The notes under the pieces: model-generated
What the model saw: only the letters and a program-made list of their open reading frames with translations
Told to the model about the DNA's origin: nothing
The model's database searches: none
In this document: positions 26,201 to 32,314 of the stretch, in pieces
Layout: each line of letters opens with the position of its first letter
Numbering within the stretch: the stretch's first letter is position 1
Translations under genes and position numbers: made by a program
Assembly (NCBI GenBank): GCA_038318235.1
Contig: JBBQBY010000001.1
Span: forward strand, 1 to 54,854
DNA from: Caldilineales bacterium
GTDB taxonomy: Bacteria > Chloroflexota > Anaerolineae > Caldilineales > Caldilineaceae
DNA length: 54,854 nt
Reading direction: 5' to 3'

Positions 26201-27998
26201 TGGCGCTTCTGGCCGCATCTACGGCGCTTTGATAGGCGCTCACGGCCTGGGCACATTGCCCCAGATTAGCATAGAGGCCACCCAGGCTGACAAAGATGCG
26301 ATTCTGCATCGCCATATCGTTGCTGGTTTGGGCTGCGGTAAGTGCTTGCTGATAAAAGCTTTGCGCCTGATCCACGTTCTTTTGCGCCTGATAAACCGCC
26401 CCAATTTCGCCATAGATCAGCGCGGTGGTGGTCTGGTTGTTGCGCATCTGGGCGTACACCAGCGCTTGTTGGAAAGCCTGCAAGGCCCGATCATACTGGC
26501 CGGCGTCGCGGGCGGCGCGCCCCAGATCAACCAGCAATTGGCTCTGTGCCGTGGTATCACTTAGCACTTTGCTGGCCGTTAGGGCTTGCTCATAAGCGGC
26601 CAATGCTTGGTCATATTTTCCGGCGCTGCGGTAGATTTGCGCCAGATCGCTGCGCGCTTGGCTCTCCAGGGCCCCGTTCTTTACGGCTTGGGCGGCGGTC
26701 AAGGCTTTCTGATAAGCCTCGGTCGCGCGCTCCAACTGATTCATGTTGGCATAGGTTTTGCCAATGCCATCCCAGAGCAAGCTTTGCAGCGCCTGATCAC
26801 TGCTGACTTGGGCGTTGACCAACCCTTTTTGATAGAGTTGCAGCGCTTGCACATTCTGGCCCAAGGCGCGATAACTGCTGGCGAGATCGGCCAAGATATC
26901 AATCAAGAGCGCCGGATTATTTTCCGTTTCGGCTAAAGTGAGTGCTTGTTGAAAATAGGCCTGCGCCTTGATCATTTCGCCGACGTCGCGATAGGCGCGA
27001 CCTAGATTAGCCAGGGTTCGACTTTCCAACTGGTGATCGCCCAACAAAGGCAGCAGGGTTAAAGCCTTTTCGTACGCCTGCTTGGCTAAATCAATTTGAC
27101 CCAATGCGCGATAGGCATTGCCAATATTCACTAACGTTCGGGCGGCCAGCGCATTGTCGCCCAGTTCCGTGGCAATTTGCAGCGCGCCTTGATAGGTTTC
27201 GAGCTCTTGTTGATGTTGGCCCAAATTTTCATAGACATTGCCAACGTTGTCGAGCGCTTCGCCGGCTAACTTCTGATCGTTGGCGGCCTTGGCCAGTGCC
27301 AAGGCCTGTTGATAGGGGCCGACAGCCTTATCAAATTGTTTGGTTGTCTGATAAATTTGACCCATGTCGGCCAATATCTGGCTGGCTAGCGCGTTATTGT
27401 TGGCGCGCTGGGCAATCGTCAAGGCTGTTTGATAGGTCTGCAAGGCCTGGTCATATTGCTTTTGGGCCAGATAGACGCGGGCTAGCCCAAACTGGCTATC
27501 CCCGAGCAATTCTGTGCCACCCAATTTTTGCGCCAGGGTCAGAGCCGCTTGAAAGCTTTGTAAAGCCAAGTCAAATTGTGCCGTGGTTAAGTAGATTCTA
27601 CCCAGGCCAACGTGGGCCTTAACCATTCGTTCGCCATCGCCAATCCGTTGCGCCAGTGCCAAGCTTGCCTTGTAGGCTTCCAGCGCGCCGTTGATATCCC
27701 CTTGCGCCGTCTTGACCAGACCAATATAGCGCCAGGTAATACTCTCGCTTTTAGGATTGCCAATATAACGATAAAATTTTTGCGCCGTGACCAACTGGAT
27801 CAACGCATCTGGCCACTGCTGCGCCTCGATCAGCGTCAACGCGGCGACCAATGCGGCATCGCCCTGATTGTGCACCACGGGTGGGGCGGTGGCAGGGACG
27901 GCCAACACCGGCTGGGGCAACAGGGTCAAAACCACCAGCATGATCTGCAAACATGCTTGGGTTGCCCTGCGTAGCGATCTTTGGGATGCCTTTTTCAT
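14298..27998 (-). CDS. Giant secreted/anchored TPR-repeat protein with a C-terminal CHAT domain (4566 aa from ATG 27998; ORF open to 28067 = 4589 aa)
   Basis: Single uninterrupted ORF. MKKASQRSLRRATQACLQIMLVVLTLLPQPVLA-VP looks like a Sec signal, and GGAG lies 8 nt before ATG 27998. About 95 tandem 40-residue KLC-type TPR units follow (consensus A-x-x-YQQAL-x-IAQ-x-x-D-x-x-x-E-x-x-x-L-x-NIG-x-VYR-x-LGQYDQ). The CHAT-like region contains LVIVPQGILEYLPF, DILHIASPA and LVVLSRSAAD. The end has a Thr-rich linker, a TM helix and an RRNRLNKKKK tail. Confidence 0.9.
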   Translation of the reverse strand: MKKASQRSLRRATQACLQIMLVVLTLLPQPVLAVPATAPPVVHNQGDAALVAALTLIEAQQWPDALIQLVTAQKFYRYIGNPKSESITWRYIGLVKTAQGDINGALEAYKASLALAQRIGDGERMVKAHVGLGRIYLTTAQFDLALQSFQAALTLAQKLGGTELLGDSQFGLARVYLAQKQYDQALQTYQTALTIAQRANNNALASQILADMGQIYQTTKQFDKAVGPYQQALALAKAANDQKLAGEALDNVGNVYENLGQHQQELETYQGALQIATELGDNALAARTLVNIGNAYRALGQIDLAKQAYEKALTLLPLLGDHQLESRTLANLGRAYRDVGEMIKAQAYFQQALTLAETENNPALLIDILADLASSYRALGQNVQALQLYQKGLVNAQVSSDQALQSLLWDGIGKTYANMNQLERATEAYQKALTAAQAVKNGALESQARSDLAQIYRSAGKYDQALAAYEQALTASKVLSDTTAQSQLLVDLGRAARDAGQYDRALQAFQQALVYAQMRNNQTTTALIYGEIGAVYQAQKNVDQAQSFYQQALTAAQTSNDMAMQNRIFVSLGGLYANLGQCAQAVSAYQSAVDAARSANDNLALARALFGVGHMDDLVGQFDQSQLAFRESIQIAQTIKARELEGNGHIYLGDSLRSSGEYEKALDEYKAGLVIGQELNLILMQAEALAGEGGAYRESGQYDAALDPYQKALVLVQKTGDRVLEFEIYSGMGRAYRDLGKYDQALDADQKALAIAQAIDDLGLQAIAFSNMGEVQRLTKQYAQALQSYAESLRLARANIARLGLSAPTCSTIEDFTLEGKVLADTGMVYRDQEQFDQALATYQQALAVGEKLDNQELKSDTLFAIGAIYRQLRKFPEALAHYDKALTIARATKNLEVVGEILLDEGRVHRELDEHEKALVLYQEALTDAQQLKDNEGVSEILMDIGFSQRQLGQYEQSLATFQTALSNTRQFGQRGLEAQALDGLGGTYRAQGHNDQAVDPYEKALVIALELKNSEFATSLRGALAKVYRDLGQYDKALATADQLADQTSKGSIYEDIGDIYQDLGQSDKALALFTKALTVAQALKNTNMAATAQAKIGAAYQALGQSAAGVAAYQQALALFKQINDANSQADTLLALGNVYRALGQFDQALGQYQAAQTLVKTADNPRVASEILVNIGITYRQLTKYDQALESFQAALKLILTTNDDAATSNVYDNIGRVYLALQQDRRALDAYQQVLALAKKSGDHPLEGRTLVHIGDVYRQFGQPERSLRFYEDALTVAQALGSQALEQIALKGSALVHRALNENQAALDDFNDALQLTQDLGDHNAEGNLLISIGETQEVLGQCNNAATAYHQALAVARELGLHSLEGEALTDLSQLQRRLGQADQVLVSAQQALKLAQTIKDQTMESQALVEIGRAYYALGQNDQAIQSLTKARELAQQTRNHPLEIQIVAETAKAYQSAGQLDLALTAYQSAISLASTLGNQTILANMIVATGKFQAETGKFDLALQSYTQALTLVRTAPVPNLEGALLLAIGAVNQAAGQAAQSQQAYLAALALAQKQGDRKLEAQTQQGLGDFYRTANQFDQALSAYQQALSIVQTLAPGAVVTPAAATSATCAVAAIDPTWAANLQKSIGKIYRLTGKFDQALSIAQQLGDVAFEDEVQAALARSLRDAGQYAQALAAYQKILAKAQTSGDRILQSQTLVNIGRIERTQANYDQADRAFTAALTLAQTLTDTNGLAQTFEEIGGLKRDQAKFEESLGAYQQALAQFQKIKDGTGQANVLLEIGHVYSDMGQFSQALPQYQAAQKLATGPDNATLLGEVLLAIGINYRDLTQYEQALQSFQAAQKVIGKPSDTAGIALQARVLENVGRVYLALQRVDRALETYKAVLALARKANDQQAEGRLLVRIGKLHHDQNQNDRALEFYDDALAIARELNNQPLEQLALISSAEAHQAINEYDKALQAYDDARLLAQSLADHKAEGEIMVSMGAAQEAFGQCDQAITTYQNALALAQEFELRPLQGATLNEISRLNRALGHADTVLKTNQAALAIAQSLKDAHLEGLTLVEIGKAYRDLGQLDQARQAFEQARALARTLKDQALEGQILAEAAKVTRDAGQLEAALSGFDQAVALARATGDYPLQAKLLIEIGKVYRMLGQFDLAQQNYNQALAIIHDKAIANLEGSLLLELGRTAQALNEDEQGLQFYQSAVALAQKNNDQVLAAQAQQGLGDFYHNSQQEPQALGAYQQALTVVRTLGSPALTCAAPTDPAWAAKILDDIGQTYQALTQADQALAAYQQALVVAQRLNNLSLVNQLTARVGDVYRMQGDYEKALAVAQKLNDVDLEDAVLQDLGRNLRDAGQFEQALEPYQQALASAQKAGDKTQEARTQANLGRIYRALGQFDKAQTAFTTTLTIALTIKDLNLQGQTWNELGALYRVQGQTDKGMAAYQKALALFQQLKDNNAQANTLLEIGKLYRDTQKFDQAVAQFEQARQLAQQTKNAAMESESLVNAGNAYRELKRYDQALTAYQRAITLSDQVNDAKLKATALDNIGRIYLAQGLSDQAVEAFNQGLAFARESGNRAAESKALAHLGDINRAQNQFDQALKFYQDALAIGKTLDDFALQEIALDSIAETQVALQKPADALQTYDEERLVARRLSDHAGEANTLASMGALQENLGQCNDALSAYQEALRIAQAFKLRALEGATLAAVSRLRQALGQIDQVLAPAQQALAIAQALKDPKLQGEALTTIGHANRDLGEYDAALKAYQQARALAQQAKNPAREGQLVAEIAKVYRDAGQLDQSLATFAEALTLAQALTDHMLEAKTLLEQGKAYSSLGKQDQAVQSFTKALVLARQLTLPDLEGKTLIALGAAQQALGQNDPALQSYQTALTLAQQSSNRVLEAMVRDGLGEFYKTGQKYTEALASYQQALTLVQGLSNQTAACDAQIDPQWQPMIFDSIGEVYTALQQNDKALAAYQAGVTLAETSGNTKLVNTLTLKVGNVYRNLGQFEQALAIAQQLGDFKLEDAVLNAMGETFRNAGQFDKALEPYQQALTLAREAGNQAAEGQALANIGRVYRALGQFDQAQISDSAALTIAVTSKNQALEGAVYVELGKTLIGLQKPTEALHAFAAALPIAQALNDIKLQTTVLENIGAVQQSAQQYDQALTSYQSALALAQKAKDHPAEINILGNISQIYNAQRKFDQALQIAQQLGDLGLQDETLANMANIYRDSGQPEKAVEAYQKALAVAQKVDNKQSQAETLSELGKLYTTLAKPDQAQDAFQKALVLAQALASAPTAQNLQFEVFVNLGRLYQNTNRYDQALEAYEHGLKLAQTLQDNALQADALTRIGRTYRDAGQMDKAVATYQQVVTLGGQMNNQSVTNAAYIELGKVYVTAKQVGPAQAAYQKALDGARSIGDKALIYTALNGLGGIELAQGQYDQARELFQQALIMAQQMADRVLEGAALDNLGQLYRRLNQPQQALDAYQKTLVIARESKDGAMEMSALTNSARIYRDLKQTAKALETYQQVLKIVQDSGNPTLQAEVLSNLGELYSNAGQADKARESYEQVLALAQKAKDRKLEGQAQNNLGSLYRKAGQPAKALESYQQVIAIAQELGDKPLEQATLANIGGAYGDMGQLDQAIAAYQKILASAESSNNQMLIATTNYNMGLLYRVQGQYDQVFKFYQAALKISQAAGDQTGAAQTLSGIGAAYSEIGRFDQALPAYKQALKLYQDAKDNAGVVATFNQLGTTYLLMSDYEKALAAYQQASALVTQMGNLALAAETYTGLGRTYRAFQQHDSALAFYQQALAAQQKLGDKIGEALALNNVGIVLNDLDRSQEAQDTYQKALKITDEMDNKAVKERILVNLGKVYRDTGQNDLALEQFQQALTIAKEIGDQSTEGATQNEIGAVYLNILQFDKALEPFRQALEIVRRIGDKSEESESLAGMGMAQEAKGDVVQAISSYQQAVAIVQTNVVQTESYQRLVNLLWKQKRYDDAFNYMEQARSRASLDKNANPWIDFRAATTPDIIKQEQTLRQQLVGSQRALDAEHLKPADQQNQALLNQLGEATKTASVQYQQVVTQLKQSNPEYASLIGIDAISLEQLKKSVLDSHTTLVTFFILRKTSIAWVVDQDRDVLVPLDVTGNELIRFVTALRTKMANPTAQVTENADLYSRLIVPIRPYIRHSNLVIVPQGILEYLPFAGLYDAAHKRYLVEDFAISYAPSASALRYAIGKRNADTGRMLAVGDVDNSLNFAKQELQAVAKLYGATAIIGKEATKLQVNDKAPQVDILHIASPATYKPFQPLFTTIKLAPDAQDDGNLETHDFFNLNLAQANLVVLSRSAADTNSRNTGSEIIQLNRAVQYAGAPAVISTLWPVEDAATVKLYSAFYKYLREKQTTAEALRNAQLDMLKQTTSSAPYYWAAPLLSGDYKGNGEVTNDKLITGTLGATTGVSGTLEVQGQGTIQSASKVTNTQDTTATHNQTDSIPATTATAAVTATMNISGSQLPTTTAKLPSLAGASKGICNNVTLPIGLVLLVGMFRRNRLNKKKKTEGK

Positions 27999-28086
27999 GA
28001 TTTCTGCTCCAAACGTACGACGTCCGTTATAAACTTGATGATAGCGATCTTTATCGATGATAGTCAATGGCGGTAGGTGGAAAAGC

Positions 28087-28210
28087 GTAAGTGGTGATTG
28101 GTAAGTGGTGATTGGTAAGTGGTAAATAGTAAATGTGAAAGATCACTGCCTGGCAGCGAGATGAGCAAGGCTGGCCACTGCTGCCCACTTACCAATCGCC
28201 ACTTACCAAT
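28087..28210. repeat. Intercistronic long inverted repeat built from tandem 14-mers (GTAAGTGGTGATTG x2.5 / CCACTTACCAAT mirror)
   Basis: Left arm is tandem GTAAGTGGTGATTG at 28087-28128. Right arm is CCACTTACCAATCGCCACTTACCAAT at 28185-28210, ending at the first base of the synthase stop codon. It lies between the synthase gene and the giant gene. Confidence 0.7.
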
Positions 28211-31200
28211 TACTTCGTAACATGCACAAGTGAATCCAGCCAAGGTGCAACCCGATCAACCGTGCCGAAAATGTTAATCGGCCGGTTGGCGACCGTCGCC
28301 CATTCATCGGTAAACCGAATGTTCTCGATATTGCTCCGACTATTGGGGAAGTTATTGGCGAGGAATTGGTTCGACCCCGTCTTTAAGTACAGACCTACTT
28401 TATTGCCCGTTACTTCGTTATTGGCGATCTGGTTGCTGGCGGCCTCGGTCGTCAAATAAACGCCGCGCTCTCCATCGGCAATCTGATTGTGGAAGATGTA
28501 ATTTTCGGTAGAGCGAATGTAAACGCCGATCCTGTTCTTCTCCAGCGTATTCTTCCAGATCCAATTTTGGAACGATGCCTCGTAGATGTAGACGCCGTAT
28601 TGTGTGCTGCCGACGATTTGATTGTCGTGCACGATATTGGTGGCCGCGCCGCGCTGCATGAGGATGCCGCGTTTGTTATCGTTCAATTTGTTGTTATAGA
28701 TCAAATTGTTACTGGAGCGCCAGACAATAATGCCATCGGTATTATTGTCTAGGATGTTGTCATAGATCGAATTTTTGTCGCTTTCGCGGTCTAACATGAT
28801 GCCGTGTAAACGATTGTTGACCGAGCGGTTGCGGCGGATGATGTTATTGGTACAGCGGCGCGAGAAGATAATGCCGTGGTTGCCATTGTCGTGTACATAA
28901 TTATCTTCCATAATGAAGTTGTTCGAATCATCATGCGGGTCAAAGCCGTATTGCACGTTATTAAACACTTCATTGTTGCGAATAATCATATTGGTGGCGC
29001 CAAACGAGTAAAAACCGAAATAATTATCGTGGATTTTGTTGTTCTCCACGTGGCCTGTCACCAATTCTTTGCCAAACTTGGTGCTGGTTTCGATGCGCCA
29101 GGCCAGACCATAAACGCCACCGCCGCTTTCACGGGTGGCGGGCTGGCCCAAGAAGGAAATTTCCGAATTAACCACATCCATCCGGGCATTGTTGACGCGA
29201 ATATGGCTGCGACCATCCTTATAGTTACGGTCATAATCGTTTAACTGGGGATCCCAGGTGCTGACCTTGACGCCGCTGATGCCAAGACCACCGCCGTCAC
29301 CAAAAATTCGGATCGTGCCCGTGGTGTCACTCTTTAACTTGAGCCACGCCACCTGCGGTGCTTCTACCAAGAGCAATGTGTGGCGCTTTAGGATTAGGTT
29401 GGTTTTCAAAAGATAGACGCCGTTGCCTTGATCTTCCAACAGAGAACTATCACCCACGCGTGCATATAGGGTCGGCACATCTAACACGGCGCCCCAACCA
29501 TCCACCGTGATCGCGTTGATCTCCGGCTTATATTGCACTTTTAAGTTGCTCTCGCGGCCGACAGCGCTGTCCATCGCCTGGCGATAGGCTTCATAATCCT
29601 TAAAGGGTAACTTGATCTGAACTTTTTGCCCGATCTCCCATTTGCCGCTTGGCACGCTAATCGCACTCTGCTCAACGCCATACTTGCGGCTGATCAGTTG
29701 AGGGGTATCACCCACGCCAATTTCATAGTCGGTCAAGCCTTCGCCAACTTTGGTCGCGCCGGCATTGGTCGTCGGTGGATCGTTCACTTGAATAATTTTG
29801 CTGCTCGCCAGGGCAAAGTTATAGTTGGGCAACTGATCCTCGGCGTTTTTGACATGCGAATCCAGCGTGATGCCGGGCAGTGGCAATTGACGTTCGAAGA
29901 AGAGATTGATGCCAAGCACAATGAGAACGACGGTGACGGCTGTGGCCAGATAGGCCGGGATCATCCGAAATGGCTTTAGGGCGCGTAGCCGATTGCTCGA
30001 CCAGCGTGTGCCCCACCCTTGCAAGTTCATGGTAAAGAATGCATAAATGCGCAGGATGGCAAACCAATAGCTGAAGAGGATGTACCAGGGCAGGACAATA
30101 ATGCTTGACCGTCGGCGGCGTATATTGCCCCAAATTTTGATCAGGCGCGAGGTCAACCACCACAGAACAAGCACAATTGTAATAAAATAACGTTGGTAAT
30201 AGATCGACAAGAAAAAATAGGTCGGTGCAATCAACGTAGTCACTGGTTGAAACAACCGATCGATCAGGTGGAAAGCCAAGGCCGGCTCGTGCCAAACCCA
30301 GCCACTGAAAAGCGTTCTTAGGTCAGAACGCCAACTGTTGCGCGCCCAGCGAATACGTTGCTTGATAAAAAAGCCTAATTGCGGCGCACCTGGCGTATAT
30401 ACCCGTGCATTCTCTTGATAACGAACTTTCCACTTTTGGGCTTGCACTAGATTAGTGAGCGCTTTATCATCCCCGCTGATCACAGGTCGCCCCCAAAATG
30501 TCTCGTTTTCCAAATCGTCTAGCACTGGCAAGATGGCCGCGCGGCGATAGACCGCTGTACGCCCAGAAATACAGGTCACGGCATTGCCCAAGACCGCCAA
30601 GAAGCGGATCTCGTCCATATAACGAATATCCAGATAGACATCAAACAAACGCTGGGCAATGGTGTGCGGATTTAAAACGTTCTGGCGGGTAGTCACACCG
30701 CCCACATCTGGATCTTCAAACGGGGCCACCGCTTTGACGAGCACGTCTTCCGTCCAAATGGTGTCACTGTCGACCAAAAAGATGATTTCACCGCTGGACG
30801 ACAAAGCGCCATCGACAAGCGCCGGTCTTTTTCCGGGTTTTTTCGTGACGATCAATTTCGTCGCAGTGATGCCTTCAACGGCTGCCTCTTGCTCGAATTC
30901 TGTAAATACTTGAATACACTTCTCATCTGTGTAATCAATGACCGCGATGATCTCCGTTGGTCTGTTCGCGGCCCAAGAACGCAACGCCATCAAAAACACT
31001 TCGGGGTTTTCATTGTAGACCGGTGTGACAATACTGGTGGTTGTCATATACCCAGAGGGTTCTTGGGGGTGATAGCGCAAGCCGATCAATTTGCGCAGTA
31101 GCCATATGCCCCAGCGGTAAATGCCGATATAACCGACCGGAATTAAGAGGAAAATGAGGTTGCCTGTACTCTTTAACGCGCTAAAAAGCTGCAACAAGAC

Positions 31201-31242
31201 GTCATACAGACGTTTAAATTCCAACAGCAATTGATCGGGCAT
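28210..31242 (-). CDS. Fusion protein: processive family-2 glycosyltransferase (HAS/NodC/Alg8-like synthase) + multi-TM + LysM + right-handed beta-helix (polysaccharide C5-epimerase/lyase-like)
   Basis: GT2 motifs are VDSDT, ISGDDKALTN and KQRIRWARNSW (QxxRW). At least 5 TM helices follow. The LysM-like segment reads YEIGVGDTPQLISRKYGVEQSAISVPSGKWEIGQKVQIKLP. About 12 PbH1-type repeats (NNxIxxNxxxGI) follow, with QYGFDPHDDS encoded at about 28930-28950. An AGGTGGG RBS precedes the start. Confidence 0.85.
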   Translation of the reverse strand: MPDQLLLEFKRLYDVLLQLFSALKSTGNLIFLLIPVGYIGIYRWGIWLLRKLIGLRYHPQEPSGYMTTTSIVTPVYNENPEVFLMALRSWAANRPTEIIAVIDYTDEKCIQVFTEFEQEAAVEGITATKLIVTKKPGKRPALVDGALSSSGEIIFLVDSDTIWTEDVLVKAVAPFEDPDVGGVTTRQNVLNPHTIAQRLFDVYLDIRYMDEIRFLAVLGNAVTCISGRTAVYRRAAILPVLDDLENETFWGRPVISGDDKALTNLVQAQKWKVRYQENARVYTPGAPQLGFFIKQRIRWARNSWRSDLRTLFSGWVWHEPALAFHLIDRLFQPVTTLIAPTYFFLSIYYQRYFITIVLVLWWLTSRLIKIWGNIRRRRSSIIVLPWYILFSYWFAILRIYAFFTMNLQGWGTRWSSNRLRALKPFRMIPAYLATAVTVVLIVLGINLFFERQLPLPGITLDSHVKNAEDQLPNYNFALASSKIIQVNDPPTTNAGATKVGEGLTDYEIGVGDTPQLISRKYGVEQSAISVPSGKWEIGQKVQIKLPFKDYEAYRQAMDSAVGRESNLKVQYKPEINAITVDGWGAVLDVPTLYARVGDSSLLEDQGNGVYLLKTNLILKRHTLLLVEAPQVAWLKLKSDTTGTIRIFGDGGGLGISGVKVSTWDPQLNDYDRNYKDGRSHIRVNNARMDVVNSEISFLGQPATRESGGGVYGLAWRIETSTKFGKELVTGHVENNKIHDNYFGFYSFGATNMIIRNNEVFNNVQYGFDPHDDSNNFIMEDNYVHDNGNHGIIFSRRCTNNIIRRNRSVNNRLHGIMLDRESDKNSIYDNILDNNTDGIIVWRSSNNLIYNNKLNDNKRGILMQRGAATNIVHDNQIVGSTQYGVYIYEASFQNWIWKNTLEKNRIGVYIRSTENYIFHNQIADGERGVYLTTEAASNQIANNEVTGNKVGLYLKTGSNQFLANNFPNSRSNIENIRFTDEWATVANRPINIFGTVDRVAPWLDSLVHVTK

Positions 31243-31331
31243 AATCCCACCTGTGTTTACAGTAGCTTACAAACTTGAGGGTTTAAATAATCGAGTAGCT
31301 TGAAAAATTCAGAAAAGTGAAGTCGCAGTCA

Positions 31332-32222
31332 CTAATGTCTCTGTGCGTCCAGCATGACAAAATTGCTTGGAATCTGCTGGCGGTTGTGGTTGACCTGAAT
31401 TGTCGCGGCCAACATGAGCGTTTCCCAACCGCGATCCTGGCAAAAGGCAAAAAATCCTTCTGTATCCTTGGGCAGACAGGCGCCTGCATAGGGCGCGCCC
31501 CCACGTGTACCATACAATGGATTCCACATGCCCTCCGCACTGCGTGCCACGACAGCACTTACGACATTGCTATCGATCGCAAGCTTTTCGCAGATTTCAT
31601 GCACTTCATTGAAATAGCTAATCTTGAGTGCATTGTAAATATTGTTGACATATTTAATCATCTCCGCCTCAGCCGGTGTACACTGGATAATGAGCCCACC
31701 AAAAGGCGTATAAATATCATAAAGAATCGCATTCGTCAGGTGGTCTGTGGTCCCCAGCACTGTGATCCACGGGCGGTCAAAGTCTTGTTCACTGCTGCGC
31801 TGGCGCAGAAATTCTGGATTCACGGCGAGCCCAAAGTCAATGCCAGCCCGTTTGCCAGAAATTTTTTCTAAGACCGGGCGTAATTGCTGTTCTGTGGTGG
31901 TGGGCGGTACAGTGCAGCGCACCACCACTACCACAAATTTACTGGTTGCAGCTAAGCCCGCCCCAATGGTTGTCATCGCCGCCGTCAGTGGACCTAGTGA
32001 GGTTCGACCATCGATGGTTGGTGTTGGCACAGTTACCATCACAATGTCCCATGTTGGCCAATTTACCTGGGCTGGTTGCATAGCAAGCGCCCCTTGCTTT
32101 GAAAGGAGCGTAAGTTTCTCCTGTTCAATGTCAACGTAGCCAATTGTATAGCCTTTTTTGGCTAATCCTTTACCCGTTGCCTGGCCTACAACGCCGGCGC
32201 CCACAACTAATATATTCAACAC
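31332..32222 (-). CDS. UDP-glucose/GDP-mannose 6-dehydrogenase family protein lacking the C-terminal domain
   Basis: GTG start. Rossmann VVGAGVVGQATG, central-domain NPEFLRQ and the catalytic-Cys motif GACLPKD are present. The protein ends about 40 aa after the Cys (296 aa versus about 390-440 typical). Confidence 0.8.
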   Translation of the reverse strand: MLNILVVGAGVVGQATGKGLAKKGYTIGYVDIEQEKLTLLSKQGALAMQPAQVNWPTWDIVMVTVPTPTIDGRTSLGPLTAAMTTIGAGLAATSKFVVVVVRCTVPPTTTEQQLRPVLEKISGKRAGIDFGLAVNPEFLRQRSSEQDFDRPWITVLGTTDHLTNAILYDIYTPFGGLIIQCTPAEAEMIKYVNNIYNALKISYFNEVHEICEKLAIDSNVVSAVVARSAEGMWNPLYGTRGGAPYAGACLPKDTEGFFAFCQDRGWETLMLAATIQVNHNRQQIPSNFVMLDAQRH

Positions 32223-32314
32223 TAGATTGGTTCCCTTGCTTTGTTCTCTGTTTCTGTAGAGAAATGGGTCTCAAACAGATGCGTTGCCGCTTTATTTTAT
32301 ATTTTGCACAGGAT

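Noticed and set aside
14302-27974. Dozens of plus-strand ORFs of 60-170 aa inside the giant gene (e.g. 18339-18767, 19407-19805, 26342-26806, 27104-27622)
   Set aside because: All lie antisense to one uninterrupted 13.7-kb ORF that has a strong, periodic TPR signal. Their products are low-complexity (Arg/Leu/Gln/Gly-rich), as expected for shadow frames of Ala/Leu/Gln-rich repeats. They have no RBSs.
31317-31871. 184-aa plus-strand ORF opposite the dehydrogenase gene
   Set aside because: It is antisense to a gene with clear Rossmann and catalytic-Cys motifs, and it has no motif of its own.
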